Source: an uncultured Bifidobacterium sp.
Lineage (GTDB): Bacteria > Verrucomicrobiota > Verrucomicrobiia > Limisphaerales > JADLHS01
Direction: 5' to 3'
DNA: 64,000 nt
Assembly (NCBI GenBank): GCA_964553795.1
Contig: CAZKMR010000001.1
Coordinates: forward strand, 19,230-83,229
Position numbers and translations under genes: made by a program
Part shown: in pieces, positions 19,821-28,197 of the stretch
How positions within the stretch are numbered: the first letter of the stretch is position 1
Layout: the number at the start of each line of letters is the position of its first letter
Notes under the pieces: generated by a model
Seen by the model: only the letters and a program-made list of their open reading frames with translations
What the model was told of the DNA's origin: nothing
Databases searched by the model: none

Positions 19821-20615
19821 ATGAATCCTGTTGCTCTGATCACCGGCGCGTCGCGTGGCATCGGTCGTGGTATCGCGCTGGAATTGGCCAAGCTCGGCTA
19901 CGATCTCGTGATCAATTACGCCGGCAACGCTGAAGCCGCGCAAAAGACGGCAGGGGATTGTGTCACAGTTGCAAGCGAAGCAGGAAAAACCATTCGTGCC
20001 GAGATCTGTCAGGCGGATATTTCGGAGAGCGCCGACCGGCAGAAACTGATTTCATTCACGCGCGAGAAGTTCAATCGTCTTGATCTGCTGGTAAACAATG
20101 CCGGCGTCGCACCGAACGTGCGCGCAGATATCCTGGAAGCGGGCGAGGAAAGCTTCGACCGCCTCATTGCCATCAACGTCAAAGGCCCGTATTTCCTCAC
20201 GCAACTCGCCGCGAAGTGGATGGTTGAAGAAACGCGGAGTGCGGAGTGCGGAGTGCGGAAACCAAAAATTGTGACAGTGAGTTCTATTTCCGCTTACACC
20301 GCTTCAACAAATCGCGGCGATTACTGTGTAAGCAAAGCGGCGCTCTCGATGTTGACGCCGTTGTTTGCGGCGCGGCTTGCGGAGTACGGCATCAATGTTT
20401 ACGAAATTCGTCCGGGAGTTATCGCCACAGACATGACCGGCGCGGTGAAGGAGAAGTATGACAAACTCATCGCCGAAGGAATGACGCCGATTCAACGCTG
20501 GGGCACGCCCGAAGACATCGGTCGCGCCGTGGCAGCGATTGCGAGCGACGCGTTTCCGTTTAGTACGGGTGAAGTCATCAACGTGGACGGCGGATTTCAT
20601 TTAAAAAGATTGTAG
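19821..20615 (+). CDS. Short-chain dehydrogenase/reductase (SDR)
   Basis: [12 protein letters not shown] cofactor motif, NNAG, and catalytic S...YCVSK. The start is ATG 19821. The TAG stop lies inside the GTAG of a repeat arm. Confidence 0.85.
   Translation: MNPVALITGASRGIGRGIALELAKLGYDLVINYAGNAEAAQKTAGDCVTVASEAGKTIRAEICQADISESADRQKLISFTREKFNRLDLLVNNAGVAPNVRADILEAGEESFDRLIAINVKGPYFLTQLAAKWMVEETRSAECGVRKPKIVTVSSISAYTASTNRGDYCVSKAALSMLTPLFAARLAEYGINVYEIRPGVIATDMTGAVKEKYDKLIAEGMTPIQRWGTPEDIGRAVAAIASDAFPFSTGEVINVDGGFHLKRL
20234..20259 (+). repeat. Tandem heptamer GCGGAGT x3 (plus a partial copy) inside the SDR coding sequence
   Basis: Read directly: gcggagt gcggagt gcggagt gcgga, translated as RSAECGVR in a loop just before the IVTVSS strand. 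Confidence 0.7.
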
Positions 20616-20695
20616 GAGACGACGTAAGGAGTCTCTAACTCGACCGAATCGCGCAGAAAACTGATTGATTTGAGACTCGTCACCTCGTCTCCTAC
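20612..20695. repeat. REPIN-like inverted doublet (GTAG-GAGAC-loop-GTCTC arms)
   Basis: The left arm is GTAGGAGACGACGTAAGGAGTCTC (20612-20635). The right arm is GAGACTCGTCACCTCGTCTCCTAC (20672-20695). The arms are inverted copies with 3 mismatches. Confidence 0.65.
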
Positions 20696-20703
20696 CAAAA
20701 AAC

Positions 20704-22218
20704 ATGGCCACAAAAATCGACACCAAACTCACGCCCCAAAAACTCCTGCCGCAAATCGAACGCGTGTTCGAGTTGTCCGGGCAAAAAATCCTGAGCATCG
20801 AAAAATCCTGGAAACCGGCGCAGGGCACGCCGGTGTTCACAGTGAAGGGTAAATACACGTCGCGCGGCTGGACGGAGTGGACGCAGGGTTTTCAATACGG
20901 TTCGGCTTTGCTGCAGTTCGATGCGATGGGCGACGAGCGGTTTCTCGAAATCGGCAAGCGCGGCACGGTGAAATACATGGCATCGCACGTGTCGCACATC
21001 GGCGTGCATGATCATGGATTCAACAATGTTTCGACGTACGGCAATTTGCTGCGCTTGATGCGCGAGGGGAAGATTCCGCAGAACGACGAGGAACAGAATT
21101 TCTACGAAATCGCGCTCAAGGTCAGCGGCGCGGTGCAGGCGTCGCGCTGGACGAAACTCGCGGATGGCACGGGGTTCATTCACAGCTTCAACGGGCCGCA
21201 CTCGCTGTTCGTGGATACGATTCGCTCGTGTCGTGCGCTGGCGGTGGCGCATCAACTCGGCCACGTGCTGATGGGCGAGCAGGACGCGAAGATTTCGTTG
21301 CTGCAACGAGTCGTCGAACACGCCCTGAACACGGCGCGCTACAACGTTTACTATGGCGAAGGGCGCGACGCTTACGATGTGCGCGGTCGCACGGCGCATG
21401 AAGCGGTGTTCAATACGGCGAGTGGGGTGTTTCGGTGCCCGAACTCGCAGCAGGGTTATTCGCCGTTCAGCACCTGGACGCGCGGGTTGGCGTGGGCGAT
21501 TTGTGGTTTTGCGGAGCAATTAGAGTTCATCCGCTTCATTCCTTGGCAAGAGCTTGAATTAGCCTCGTCGAAAAATCGGTGGCTACGAGACTATCGCTCG
21601 TTAAGCGATAAGCAAAAACTTCAACTCACACCTAAATTCGAATCTACTATTCGTAGATTGGCTACTGAGCCCGCAGCTAAAGCTTTGAAGGCGTTCCAAA
21701 CTGCCGCAATTTCTGCAGCAGACTTCTACCTCGAAAATTCCTGTGCCGATGGCGTGCCGATGTGGGACACGGGCGCGCCGAATCTGCATCGCCTGCCCGT
21801 GAATTATCTCAAGAAAGCATCCGATCCGTACAACAAGTTTGAACCGGTGGACGGGTCGGCGGCGGCGATTGCGGCGCAGGGCTTGATCCGGTTGGGCAAT
21901 TATTTAGGAAGCAATTCGAGGACGAGGACGAGAACGAAGGACGAGGACGATGGAAAGCGCTACAAACAGGCCGGGCTTACGATTGCGCGCACGTTGTTCA
22001 GCGAGCCCTGTCTTTCCACTGATCCGAAACATCAAGGTCTGTTGCTGCACTCGGTTTATCATCGGCCGAACGGCTGGGATTACATCGCGCCGGGGCAAAG
22101 CGTGCCAAATGGCGAAAGCTCGATGTGGGGCGATTATCATTTGCGTGAACTGGCTCTCCTCATTCTCCGCGAAGCGCGTGGTGAGCATTATCTGACGTTC
22201 TTTGATTCGACGAAATGA
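20704..22218 (+). CDS. GH88/GH105-like unsaturated uronyl hydrolase, carrying two apparent insertions
   Basis: WTEWTQGFQYG, HDHGFNN, WTRGLAWAICGF and a C-terminal MWGDYHLRELAL resemble unsaturated glucuronyl/rhamnogalacturonyl hydrolases. The family assignment is from memory of motifs only. Confidence 0.65.
   Translation: MATKIDTKLTPQKLLPQIERVFELSGQKILSIEKSWKPAQGTPVFTVKGKYTSRGWTEWTQGFQYGSALLQFDAMGDERFLEIGKRGTVKYMASHVSHIGVHDHGFNNVSTYGNLLRLMREGKIPQNDEEQNFYEIALKVSGAVQASRWTKLADGTGFIHSFNGPHSLFVDTIRSCRALAVAHQLGHVLMGEQDAKISLLQRVVEHALNTARYNVYYGEGRDAYDVRGRTAHEAVFNTASGVFRCPNSQQGYSPFSTWTRGLAWAICGFAEQLEFIRFIPWQELELASSKNRWLRDYRSLSDKQKLQLTPKFESTIRRLATEPAAKALKAFQTAAISAADFYLENSCADGVPMWDTGAPNLHRLPVNYLKKASDPYNKFEPVDGSAAAIAAQGLIRLGNYLGSNSRTRTRTKDEDDGKRYKQAGLTIARTLFSEPCLSTDPKHQGLLLHSVYHRPNGWDYIAPGQSVPNGESSMWGDYHLRELALLILREARGEHYLTFFDSTK
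21918..21950 (+). repeat. GAGGAC-type hexamer low-complexity run inside the hydrolase ORF
   Basis: gaggacgaggacgagaacgaaggacgaggacga is translated as RTRTRTKDEDD. Confidence 0.5.
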
Positions 22219-22296
22219 AACGCGAAGGCGCAAAGACGCGAAGACACAGCAAGTCTTGCTGCCATCCAGGAACGCCAACGGCGTTCACTGCAAGAG

Positions 22297-22370
22297 CGGA
22301 GCGTGGCTCTATGAGCCGCAGCACGTCTCTTTGCAAATCGGGCCGCTGCGGGTCACAGACCCGCGCTCCG
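22297..22370. repeat. Nested-hairpin inverted repeat, GGAGCG-frame family
   Basis: CGGAGCGTGG-CTC-TAT-GAG-CCGCAGC ... GCTGCGG-GTC-ACA-GAC-CCGCGCTCCG. The frame matches the elements at 50040-50148 and 52459-52568. Confidence 0.65.
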
Positions 22371-23183
22371 TTTTCGGGAACGCGTCTTTGCGTTAAATCG
22401 CTCCGCCTTGGTGTGGCGCTTCTGGTTTTCGCGCTGATTACCGGTTCAGCATTGTCGCAAAGCAATCCCGTGACGCTTCACATGATCGGGGACTCAACCA
22501 TGGCGAATAAACCGGTCATTCCAGCGAATCCGGAACGCGGTTGGGGGCAGATGCTGCAGATGTATTTCAAAGATTCGCTCCGCGTGGAAAATTACGCGCA
22601 AAACGGTCGCAGCACGAAGAGCTTCATCAACGAAGGTCGTTGGGACAAGGTTGTCGCTGCAATCCAACCGGGTGATTTCGTCATCATTCAATTTGGGCAC
22701 AACGATGAGAAAACGAACAACGTCAAAGTCGGGACGGCGCCCTTTGGCGAGTTCTCGGAAAATCTGACGCGCTTCATTCGCGAGTCGCGTGAGCGTCAGG
22801 CCACGCCGATTTTGGCGACGCCGGTGGCACGACGGAAGTTTGACGAGACTGGCACGCTAACGAACTCACACGGCGTTTATCCGGGAGCCGTGCGAAAGGT
22901 GGCGGCAGCGGAAAAAGTTCCCTTGCTGGAGCTGACCCTTGCGACCGAGAAACTGTTGCAACAACTCGGGCCGGAAAGTTCCAAGCGCTTGTTTGATTGG
23001 ATTCCCGCCGGTGAATTTGCAGCTCGCCCCGATGGGCTGGAAGACGACACGCATTTCAACGCTTACGGCGCGAGCCGGGTTTGCGATCTGGCGGTGATCG
23101 AGATCGAAGTCAAAATTCCCGAGTTGGCGGCGCATTTGAATCGAAAATCTCCTGCCAAAAGCGCGGCAACAATCGAGCGTTAA
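22311..23183 (+). CDS. SGNH/GDSL hydrolase (rhamnogalacturonan acetylesterase-like)
   Basis: Signal-like LRLGVALLVFALITGSALS, block I IGDSTM, and IIQFGHNDE. The start is uncertain: the only in-frame ATG (22311) lies inside the repeat element. Confidence 0.75.
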   Translation: MSRSTSLCKSGRCGSQTRAPFSGTRLCVKSLRLGVALLVFALITGSALSQSNPVTLHMIGDSTMANKPVIPANPERGWGQMLQMYFKDSLRVENYAQNGRSTKSFINEGRWDKVVAAIQPGDFVIIQFGHNDEKTNNVKVGTAPFGEFSENLTRFIRESRERQATPILATPVARRKFDETGTLTNSHGVYPGAVRKVAAAEKVPLLELTLATEKLLQQLGPESSKRLFDWIPAGEFAARPDGLEDDTHFNAYGASRVCDLAVIEIEVKIPELAAHLNRKSPAKSAATIER

Positions 23184-23204
23184 TTGAAAAACAACAAGCA
23201 GCCC

Positions 23205-24275
23205 ATGAACTCAACAAAGACTTCATCCGCCGGAAGCATCAACCGCCGCAATTTTCTAGGCGCGACCACCACACTGGTTGCCGGTGCGCTGGCCGCTCCG
23301 AGTCTTGCGGCGGATCGCGACTGGAGCGGCCAACGACCGGTGCGTTATCCCGATCCCGACATCATTTCGCTCGATCCGCGCTTCAACAAATACAAGCTGG
23401 GCAACACGCCGATCCAACGACTGCATACGGGCATGTTGTGGGCGGAAGGTCCGGCGTGGAATGGCGTCGGTCGTTATCTGATGTGGAGCGATATTCCCAA
23501 CAACGTGCAATTGCGCCGGCTGGACGAAGATGGTCACGTGAGCACGTTTCGCAATCCGGCGGGAAACAGCAACGGCAACACGTTCGATTTCGAGGGACGA
23601 CAAATCAGTTGCGAGCACGGGAATCGTCGCGTGGTGCGCTATGAACCCAACGGCGGCATCACCGTGTTGGCGGAAAAGTGGAACGGCAAACCACTCAACG
23701 CGCCGAACGATGTGGTGGTGCATCCGGATGGCGGGATCTGGTTCACCGATCCCGGCTACGGCAGCATGATGAATTACGAAGGCAACAAAGGCGCGTTGGA
23801 AATCAAAGAAGCTGTTTATCGCATTGACCCCAAGACTGCGAAAATGGAATTGGTCACGGATGAATTGAGCAAGCCGAACGGACTCTGTTTTTCGCCGGAC
23901 TACCAAAAGCTCTACATCGCGGATACGGGTGCGGAGGCGCCGAAGCCGATTCAGGTTTTTGATGTGGTGGACGGCGTGAAGCTCAGCAAGGGTCGCCGCT
24001 TTTGCGCGATGGATTACAACGGCAAGAACGGCGGTGCGGACGGAATTCGCGCGGACGTTGATGGCAACATCTGGGCGAGCGCGGGCTGGGCGGGCGAAGG
24101 TTACGATGGCGTGCATGTGTTTGCGCCGGACGGCAAACGCATTGGTGTGATTCTGTTGCCGGAAATTTGCTCGAACGTGTGCTTCGGTGGCGCGAAGCGG
24201 AATCGCCTGTTCATGACGGCGAGCCAGTCGCTCTACGCGGTGTATGTCGAGACGCAAGGAGCGCATATTTGCTGA
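23205..24275 (+). CDS. SMP-30/gluconolactonase/LRE-family lactonase with a Tat signal
   Basis: Twin-arginine motif RRNFLGATTTLVAGALAAPSLAA, plus beta-propeller lactonase motifs AEGPAW, NGNTFD, PNDVVVHPDG, PNGLCFSPD and DGIRADVDGN. Confidence 0.85.
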   Translation: MNSTKTSSAGSINRRNFLGATTTLVAGALAAPSLAADRDWSGQRPVRYPDPDIISLDPRFNKYKLGNTPIQRLHTGMLWAEGPAWNGVGRYLMWSDIPNNVQLRRLDEDGHVSTFRNPAGNSNGNTFDFEGRQISCEHGNRRVVRYEPNGGITVLAEKWNGKPLNAPNDVVVHPDGGIWFTDPGYGSMMNYEGNKGALEIKEAVYRIDPKTAKMELVTDELSKPNGLCFSPDYQKLYIADTGAEAPKPIQVFDVVDGVKLSKGRRFCAMDYNGKNGGADGIRADVDGNIWASAGWAGEGYDGVHVFAPDGKRIGVILLPEICSNVCFGGAKRNRLFMTASQSLYAVYVETQGAHIC

Positions 24276-24278
24276 ATC

Positions 24279-24302
24279 GAGACTCGTCACCTCGTCTCCT
24301 AC
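24279..24302. repeat. Solo REP-like arm identical to the right arm at 20672-20695
   Basis: GAGACTCGTCACCTCGTCTCCTAC is an exact 24-nt match. A decayed partner arm may overlap the last codons of the lactonase gene. Confidence 0.55.
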
Positions 24303-24318
24303 AAATGGAAATCAATTT

Positions 24319-25806
24319 ATGGCTGAACCATTCAAACTGACTCGCATTCCCACGCTGAAAACGGTGGCGGACTTTCGCGCGCACATCGCGGCGCTGGGCC
24401 TGGACTTGCCTTGTGAAGATCAAATCGTAGCCGGCGGTGATTCACCGCTCGCGCAGGCGATTGAGGGCGTGACCATCAATGGCAAACGCATTGGCAATCG
24501 CTGGGCGATTCATCCGATGGAAGGTTGGGACGGCACAACGACCGGTGGCGTGACCGAGGAAATGTTGCGGCGCTGGCAGCGGTTTGGCGAAAGCGGCGCG
24601 AAGTTGATTTACGGCGGCGAAGCGATGGCCGTGCGTCCGGATGGTCGCGCGAATCCGAATCAAATTATCATCACTGAGGAAAACAAGGCGGGCATTGCGT
24701 CGTTGCGCGAGACGCTGGTGAAGGCGCATCAAGAGCGGTACGGCAAGGTGGATGACTTGGTGATCGGCTTTCAACTCACGCACTCGGGACGGTTCTGCAA
24801 GCCGAACGACAAAAAACGCATGGAGCCGCGTGTGGCGTTTCGGCATCCGATTCTGGATCGCAAATTCAACGTGACGAGCGATGCGCAGATGTTTACGGAT
24901 GCGGAGATTGAGGAACTGATTCAATGCTACATTCGCGCGGCAAAGATTGCGTGGGACGTGGGCGCGGACTTCGTGGACATCAAACATTGTCACGGCTATC
25001 TGCTGCACGAATTTCTCGGCGCGCACACGCGACCGGGCAAGTTCGGTGGCTGCTTTGAGAATCGCACCCGCATCTTGCGCGACATAGTGGCGGGCATTCG
25101 CGCGAGTGGAAATGCGATTGAACTCGGCGTGCGACTCAGCGCGTTTGATTTTGTGCCGTTCAAACCCGATCCGGCGCTGTCGCAACCTGGCAAACTCGGT
25201 CCGGGCATTCCGGAGGACTACTCGCATTGCGTGCCGTATCGCTACGGCTTCAGTGTGAATCCCGACAACCCCGTGGACTACGACTTGTCGGAGACGCATC
25301 AGTTCGTCGAACTGTGTGCGCAACTCGGCGTGAAGATTCTGAATCTGAGCGCGGGTTCACCTTATTACAATCCGCATATCCAACGTCCGGCGGCGTATCC
25401 GCCGAGCGACGGGTATCAGCCGGCGCATGATCCGCTGATTGATGTGGCGCGACAGATCAATGTGGTGCGCCAGATTAAAGTTCGCGCGCCGAAGAATATG
25501 GTGCTGGTGGGAACAGCGTACAGTTACTTGCAGGAATACCTGCCGCATGTGGCGCAGTACGTCGTGCGCCACGGCTGGACGGACATGGTGGGCCTGGGTC
25601 GCATGGTTTTGAGTTATCCGAACATCCTCGCCGAGGCGGTGGAGAAGGGGAGCATCACGCCGAAGCAGATTTGTCGCACGTTCAGTGATTGCACCACCGC
25701 GCCGCGCAACGGAATGATTTCCGGCTGCTATCCGCTGGATAAATATTACTCGGCCAAACCCGAGTTCCAGCAGTTGAAGGAAGTGAAGAAGAAGGTGGGG
25801 GCGTGA
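24319..25806 (+). CDS. NADH:flavin oxidoreductase (Old Yellow Enzyme-like TIM barrel)
   Basis: HPMEGWDG, QLTHSGR and DIKHCHGYLLHEFL are typical of OYE/2,4-dienoyl-CoA-reductase-like flavoenzymes. The start is ATG 24319. Confidence 0.8.
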   Translation: MAEPFKLTRIPTLKTVADFRAHIAALGLDLPCEDQIVAGGDSPLAQAIEGVTINGKRIGNRWAIHPMEGWDGTTTGGVTEEMLRRWQRFGESGAKLIYGGEAMAVRPDGRANPNQIIITEENKAGIASLRETLVKAHQERYGKVDDLVIGFQLTHSGRFCKPNDKKRMEPRVAFRHPILDRKFNVTSDAQMFTDAEIEELIQCYIRAAKIAWDVGADFVDIKHCHGYLLHEFLGAHTRPGKFGGCFENRTRILRDIVAGIRASGNAIELGVRLSAFDFVPFKPDPALSQPGKLGPGIPEDYSHCVPYRYGFSVNPDNPVDYDLSETHQFVELCAQLGVKILNLSAGSPYYNPHIQRPAAYPPSDGYQPAHDPLIDVARQINVVRQIKVRAPKNMVLVGTAYSYLQEYLPHVAQYVVRHGWTDMVGLGRMVLSYPNILAEAVEKGSITPKQICRTFSDCTTAPRNGMISGCYPLDKYYSAKPEFQQLKEVKKKVGA

Positions 25807-25810
25807 CGGT

Positions 25811-26239
25811 TTAATCTCCACCAATCCAACCGTATCCAGGCGAGTAAGCAATATGGTGATCCCCAAACGGCGACCAGCGCGCGATCATTGTCCAGTTGCC
25901 CGGGTTTTCACCAAATTCTTTCACAGCTAGAACCTCTTGTATTCCTGCAAATGACTCGGCGAATCCAATCATTGCTACAAGTGCGAGGGAAAATCGAATG
26001 AGTGCTTTGCGCCAGGGCAGCCCCAGCACGCCTAAAACCGTAAGAGGAAGAACGGAAAAGCTCGCCAGTAAAACCAAGCCGAGTATCCCTCGAAGAGAGA
26101 AGCCAAAGAACTGGGTGCGCCAATATGCAAGCCAGTACATGCCCCAGATGATGCTGGCGATCAGAAAGGCCGTTTGAATATCTGGCTTTGGAATCTTCAT
26201 CTGCTGCCGGAACTTGATTCTGTTCAACACAGGTCTCAC
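25811..26239 (-). CDS. Hypothetical membrane protein
   Basis: 142-aa ORF with 3-4 hydrophobic helices, co-directional with the upstream TlpA-like gene. Confidence 0.45.
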   Translation of the reverse strand: MRPVLNRIKFRQQMKIPKPDIQTAFLIASIIWGMYWLAYWRTQFFGFSLRGILGLVLLASFSVLPLTVLGVLGLPWRKALIRFSLALVAMIGFAESFAGIQEVLAVKEFGENPGNWTMIARWSPFGDHHIAYSPGYGWIGGD

Positions 26240-26266
26240 TCGAGCGGCGCTAAGTCAACCGTCGTT

Positions 26267-27532
26267 TCAGTGCTTAGCCATATCAATTTCCGCCAACAAC
26301 TGTTCCACCGTTTCATTTAACGCTTTGTCAGTGGACTCGCCGCCGTAGCCGCTGAACTTGCGGCGGATTTTTCCGTTGGCATCGAGAATGTAAACGGTGG
26401 GCCAGCCTTTGACATTCCAGTCGGAAGCAATCCCGCCTGCCGGTCCGCCGCTTCCGTTCCAGAATGATTTCCAAGTCATCTTCTCGTTCTTTGCGGCCTG
26501 TTGGGCAGTCTTGCGGGAGGTATCGCCATTGACGCCAACGAGGGCGAAGGGTTGCTTGGCAAATTTGCGCGCCAGGTCGCGTTCCGCCGGGACCATTTGC
26601 ATGCACGGACCGCACCACGAGGCCCAGAAATTCAGCACCACGACTTTGCCACGATAATCGCTCAACTTCATTTCTTTACCGTCGAGATCTTCACCGACGA
26701 TTTCCGGCGCAGTCTTGCCGAGGCCCAGCGAGGTCAACTCGCGCAACTCAGCTTTCGCCGTCTGTGCAAGCGTCGAATTGTTGGAGCGCAGATAAGGGCA
26801 ATCGCCGTATTCGTTAATAAGGCGGGCGAACAATTTTTCGGCGCGTTCGGTGGCGGCGGCGGAGTTGTCGGATTCCGCCCATTTCAGGTATTCGACGCGC
26901 GCTTTCTGAGCGGCTTCGGTGTCGGTGGGTGACGCAGGTTTATTCTCGAAGGCTTCAAGATATTGCGCCTTGGCCTTGGTCATTTTTGCCAACGCTAGCA
27001 ATGCTTGTCCGCGAACGATGCGCTCGGGATTTTGTTCGGAAACGGTCTGGAAAAAATTCGTGACTACTTCAAAGCGCCAGCGGTGATCCCAGTAATGTGC
27101 CGCCCGGGCGCAGAACGGACCGAGTTCCGCGTGGGTCGCGTGATGCTGCGAAAGCATTTCGACGGCCTGCAAGACGTGCGGCCAAACATCGGCGGATGAG
27201 GAGCGGCGATTATTGGCAATCCAAAGGAACGCATCGAACGCGGGTTCGGTGTCGGGATGTTGCTTCGCCAGCTCCAGGAGCACGACGAGATTCGTGTCGT
27301 TCTTCTCCGCGTAAATTTTCCAGGCGCGTTCACTGTCCGCTTCGTTGCCGGCGTTACGATAGTCTGATTCGGCATGGTCCACTTCCCGTTGCAACAATTT
27401 CAGACGCTCCGTCCACGCAGTCAGGGTTTCTGATTGGGCTGCGGTTGATACAGTCTCAACAGCGATTAGCGGTAGCGCGCTCAGCGCAGCCACCAGAATC
27501 ACGGCGAGACAAACGAGAGTTGCTTTGTTCAT
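26267..27532 (-). CDS. Secreted TlpA-like thiol:disulfide oxidoreductase with an N-terminal helical domain
   Basis: Signal peptide and the thioredoxin active site FWASWCGPCMQ, with a C-terminal GWPTVYILD. Confidence 0.8.
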   Translation of the reverse strand: MNKATLVCLAVILVAALSALPLIAVETVSTAAQSETLTAWTERLKLLQREVDHAESDYRNAGNEADSERAWKIYAEKNDTNLVVLLELAKQHPDTEPAFDAFLWIANNRRSSSADVWPHVLQAVEMLSQHHATHAELGPFCARAAHYWDHRWRFEVVTNFFQTVSEQNPERIVRGQALLALAKMTKAKAQYLEAFENKPASPTDTEAAQKARVEYLKWAESDNSAAATERAEKLFARLINEYGDCPYLRSNNSTLAQTAKAELRELTSLGLGKTAPEIVGEDLDGKEMKLSDYRGKVVVLNFWASWCGPCMQMVPAERDLARKFAKQPFALVGVNGDTSRKTAQQAAKNEKMTWKSFWNGSGGPAGGIASDWNVKGWPTVYILDANGKIRRKFSGYGGESTDKALNETVEQLLAEIDMAKH

Positions 27533-27563
27533 GCGAGATTTGGACCAATTGAGAGAACAATTC

Positions 27564-28145
27564 TCACGCGCTTATCGCGGCGGAGAGTTTCCGGACCGAA
27601 TCACCAACGCGCACAGGATTGGCGCGAATGACTTTGGCGTTTACGCCGCGCAGGTGCAGTTGTTTGCCTTCGGGCGAATTGACGAACTTCATCGCGTCCG
27701 GACCGAAACGAGCAGAGAACTTTTTGCAGCCGAGATGGGGTGGGGCAGTGATTTCAATGACGGCATCGCCGATGGCGAGTTGGGTGCCGGGTGGAATGTT
27801 GGTTTCGCTTAAATCAAAATCCACAAACAACTGGTCGCCGGCCAATGACCAGCGTTCTTTGGTTTGCGCCAGTAACTCGATGACGCGGGCGTTCATGACG
27901 TTGAGTTGCATCTCGGGATTGGCTGAGCCATCCGGCGTGCTGCGACTGCCGCGTGCTTTCCAGTTATCGCCGACGAGACCTTGTGCGGAATCCAAGTGGC
28001 CTTCCTCCACCACTTCGCGCTCGTCGGTGTTGGGGCGACGGCAGATCATTCGCAACACGCCCACGTCTTTAGGCGATTGGCGGATGGTCGTGAGTCCGGC
28101 TTCCATCTCGGCGAGGGTGAGAAAAGTTGCTGAATTGTGGTTCAT
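27564..28145 (-). CDS. MOSC domain protein
   Basis: QLNVMNARV, GDQLFVDFDLS and PHLGCKKFSARFG resemble YiiM/MOSC family proteins. Confidence 0.75.
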   Translation of the reverse strand: MNHNSATFLTLAEMEAGLTTIRQSPKDVGVLRMICRRPNTDEREVVEEGHLDSAQGLVGDNWKARGSRSTPDGSANPEMQLNVMNARVIELLAQTKERWSLAGDQLFVDFDLSETNIPPGTQLAIGDAVIEITAPPHLGCKKFSARFGPDAMKFVNSPEGKQLHLRGVNAKVIRANPVRVGDSVRKLSAAISA

Positions 28146-28197
28146 GATTTAAGTGGCGCCAGATTACAAGTGATTGATCGCAATTTGTGCCAGAATT

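Noticed and set aside
21580-21668. The direct repeat TGGCTAC flanking the AT-rich island in the hydrolase ORF, considered as a target-site duplication of an in-frame insertion.
   Set aside because: The two copies are 79 nt apart, which is not a multiple of 3, and the repeat is only 7 nt. That is too weak to call a target-site duplication or to fix the insertion boundaries.
22215-22310. The longest-ORF N-terminus of the esterase (MKREGAKTRRHSKSCCHPGT...).
   Set aside because: It is encoded by the GC-rich gene-end repeat and the nested-hairpin element and overlaps the upstream stop, so it is unlikely to be real coding sequence.
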